Shown: positions 61,699-64,000 of the stretch, one piece after another
How the letters are laid out: each line of letters starts with the position of its first letter
Numbering within the stretch: the stretch's first letter is position 1
Assembly: GCA_963664875.1 (NCBI GenBank)
Contig: OY761611.1
Location: 1,312,001-1,376,000, forward strand
Source of the DNA: Candidatus Kapaibacterium sp.
GTDB taxonomy: Bacteria; Bacteroidota; Ignavibacteria; Kapaibacteriales; UBA2268
Length of the DNA: 64,000 nt
Direction of reading: 5' to 3'
Program-made: the position numbers and the translations under genes
The notes under the pieces: model-generated
What the model was told of the DNA's origin: nothing
The model's database searches: none
The model's input: only the letters and a program-made list of their open reading frames with translations

Positions 61699-63426
61699 CT
61701 AACGACAACTTCTCAGTTTTGAATTGTTTATATTCAAGAATATCTCTTGTCCTGCTTCATAACCCAGCATATTCCTCATAAACCTAACAGTCATCATATT
61801 ACCTTTTAGTCTTATAAATTGAACACTATGCCAATTATAAACATTTTCATTTTCTTCATCAGAAGCCAACTCTTCCATAACTTCAGCAGTGGAGAAAAAT
61901 GCTGTCATTTTAAAACCATCTGTAAAAGTCCCAAATTGAATACAGTCACCTTGTTCTAATTTTGCAATCAAGGCTTTTTGCTCTTTTCTCCGCTGTTCTT
62001 TAAGTCTTTCTCGTTGCAGTTCTCCTTCATGTTTTAGTTCTTCCTCTTTAGTGTTTAGTTTGTCATGAATCTCTGAAACAAAAACCTTAAAAACTTGTGT
62101 CTCTACTTCTACTTCTTGTTTCGCTTTATTGGTTTTTGTTTTTATCTTCAATAATGTGTTTTCTATATCTTCTTTCTTCGAATTCAACAATTCTAATACA
62201 GTATAATTAATATTCTCTTTATTAAAATCGAAATACACCATTTTATCAGATACATCTGAAATATTTGCTTTCAACTCTTCTGAAGATTTTAGTTTTCTTG
62301 TAAGATTTTCTTCAAATTCCTGAATTTCTAATGTGAGTTGTTTACCCGAATCTTTACTCTGAGCATGTTTTATAAAGTTATCCATTTTTACTAATATCTT
62401 TTTTAATTCTAAATCAATATCATTTTTATAGGAAGTGAGAGTTGTTTTTATTTTTTTTACCTCAAGATCTTGCTCTTCTTCTAATTCCTTTAGTAGTTTA
62501 GCTAATACTTCATATTTTGAGAGTACAATGTCTTGGTATTTTTTTACCATTTCACCTTTAAGTGTTAAGATTTCTCCATCCTCATATTTTGAGTAAAAAT
62601 TAAGCCATTCATCATAGTATGCTATTTCGTTTGAATAGGATTCTTGTATTCTGTCAAATATTCTTTTAGCTGTTTTACTTCGGAGTTCGCTCTTTACCTT
62701 ATCATCTTTTAAGACTTCAATTTCACTTGCATAGATATACAAATCTTTTATTTCATAAATCTCATCAATACAATCAGTCAAGAATATCGGATACTTTTTA
62801 TCAAGAGTATAATAAGCCACAAAGTGTTCAGATTTAGGAATTGTTTTTACCGAATTTTTTGCAATCTTACTTAAAATGTTTTTATCAACTACATAATTTT
62901 TCATAGCTGAGTAAATACTTTTAAGTTCACTATTACTTCTTGCTCCAAATGTGTTTTCCTTGTCTGCCTCTAATACGTAAGCTGTACTTCCACTAAATCC
63001 AAGAAGGATATAATCATCTGTATCAAATTCGCTTACGAACCACTCTTCAATAGCAGAAGCTCCATAAATTGATTGACCTTTTGGAAGTGTGGAATCTTGT
63101 TTTATTAGGTAATAAACCCCAGACCCTGCTGCAAATAAACCTGCTGCCCATATTAAGTTTCTAATATCTCTTGCAGAATCAGCAGGGGTTCCATTTTTTG
63201 TTGCAATATCATAATATGCTTGACCTCCGCCAGCAAATGCAGCTAAAGGTACTCCTGTGAATGTCAAATATGACCATAAAGAATAAGACTCGTCTTTACG
63301 GATATTTTCGTAAATATGAAGTCCTCTTGATTTATCAGATGTCCAATCTTCTTGTTTATAAGAAATTGTAGTACATGATTGAAGCAGTACTAAGGTTATT
63401 AGGAATAGAGAAATAATACGAATCAT
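61699..63426 (-). CDS. Predicted lipoprotein with two Gly/Ala-rich hydrophobic helices and a long coiled coil
   Basis: MIRIISLFLITLVLLQSC lipobox from ATG 63426. Confidence 0.65.
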   Translation of the reverse strand: MIRIISLFLITLVLLQSCTTISYKQEDWTSDKSRGLHIYENIRKDESYSLWSYLTFTGVPLAAFAGGGQAYYDIATKNGTPADSARDIRNLIWAAGLFAAGSGVYYLIKQDSTLPKGQSIYGASAIEEWFVSEFDTDDYILLGFSGSTAYVLEADKENTFGARSNSELKSIYSAMKNYVVDKNILSKIAKNSVKTIPKSEHFVAYYTLDKKYPIFLTDCIDEIYEIKDLYIYASEIEVLKDDKVKSELRSKTAKRIFDRIQESYSNEIAYYDEWLNFYSKYEDGEILTLKGEMVKKYQDIVLSKYEVLAKLLKELEEEQDLEVKKIKTTLTSYKNDIDLELKKILVKMDNFIKHAQSKDSGKQLTLEIQEFEENLTRKLKSSEELKANISDVSDKMVYFDFNKENINYTVLELLNSKKEDIENTLLKIKTKTNKAKQEVEVETQVFKVFVSEIHDKLNTKEEELKHEGELQRERLKEQRRKEQKALIAKLEQGDCIQFGTFTDGFKMTAFFSTAEVMEELASDEENENVYNWHSVQFIRLKGNMMTVRFMRNMLGYEAGQEIFLNINNSKLRSCR

Positions 63427-63515
63427 TTCTGCCTCATCGTTAGTTTTATATTTTTGTTTAAAATGGGATTCATATATTAGGTAACTAATCTTTGAGGAGA
63501 TGCAGATATGCCATA

Positions 63516-63654
63516 AAAAAAAGGATGCCTTATACATATCTACTCAGACAAGCCCCGCAAAAGGCACAACTCATAGATACATATAGACATCCACACGTGT
63601 GGAGTCCTTATAGTATCCTTGGGGGTTGTTTAAAAATTTGCGGTTTTTGTCTGA
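63516..63654 (-). promoter_or_regulatory. Structured leader / candidate attenuator
   Basis: A 110-nt nested hairpin (63544-63654) competes with a second helix, 63574-92/63524-43, that is followed by U8. Confidence 0.6.
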
Positions 63655-63852
63655 CCCAAAGAATCTAAGATTACTCTTATTTAAAATTTTCTGTTATATG
63701 TTATTTTTCTGATTTTTCTTTCTGATATGCGATTCTCATAAAAATGTTAATAAGTCCTACATAATAGCAATATAAAATATTAGATTCAAATTATCAAATA
63801 TTTTCTTTCATGTAAATAGAAAATATAAAATTTCGTAAATAGTAGGTTAATT

Positions 63853-63890
63853 ACAATCCTGCACTTCATTTTTTTGAGTGCAGGATTGTT
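63853..63890. terminator. Hairpin, likely terminator of a gene beyond the right edge
   Basis: ACAATCCTGCACT...AGTGCAGGATTGT. Confidence 0.55.
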
Positions 63891-64000
63891 GTTGTTTGAG
63901 GGGAAATTTCAATCTATATCACTATTTTATATATCTAAAATTGATTTAATTTACTTTCCCTAAAACCAAATTTCTAAACTCTTGATTTCCATATCTTCTA

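Larger units (their letters stand above)
33388..64000. mobile_element. Probable genomic (defence) island; right end outside the window
   Basis: att fragment, tyrosine integrase, RM/accessory cargo, no core genes to the right and no second att copy seen. Confidence 0.65.

Noticed and set aside
33388-64000. Prophage or conjugative element
   Set aside because: No structural, replication, relaxase or T4SS genes in the visible part.

Overview
AT-rich bacterial chromosome segment, probably FCB group (Bacteroidota/Ignavibacteriota/Kapabacteria-like), judged from several T9SS C-terminal sorting domains. The left half (1-33.3 kb) is mostly core genes: a PAS sensor fragment, a giant poly-HAMP chemoreceptor, a GT2 glycosyltransferase, TetR, methylmalonyl-CoA mutase mutAB, queA, htpG, dacB, a CotH-like protein, a U32 protein and a CPBP protease. 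It is interrupted by accessory surface-protein genes sitting next to duplicated 3' ends of neighbouring genes. From a tmRNA-like 3'-end att fragment at 33388-33410 to beyond the right edge lies a probable genomic island. It carries a tyrosine integrase and a type I RM operon with four intercalated genes. Divergent from hsdR is a unit made of a SAM-I/IV-like riboswitch, a WYL-type HTH gene, a frameshifted rtcB2, a hypothetical gene and prfH. An IS21 remnant, two T9SS genes and an 8-gene membrane-protein cluster behind an attenuator-like leader follow. The most striking signal is the SAM aptamer, with an SD-sequestering platform, placed in front of a regulator/RNA-repair unit beside a SAM-dependent restriction system. 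All calls are by eye from motifs; no database searches or folding programs were run.
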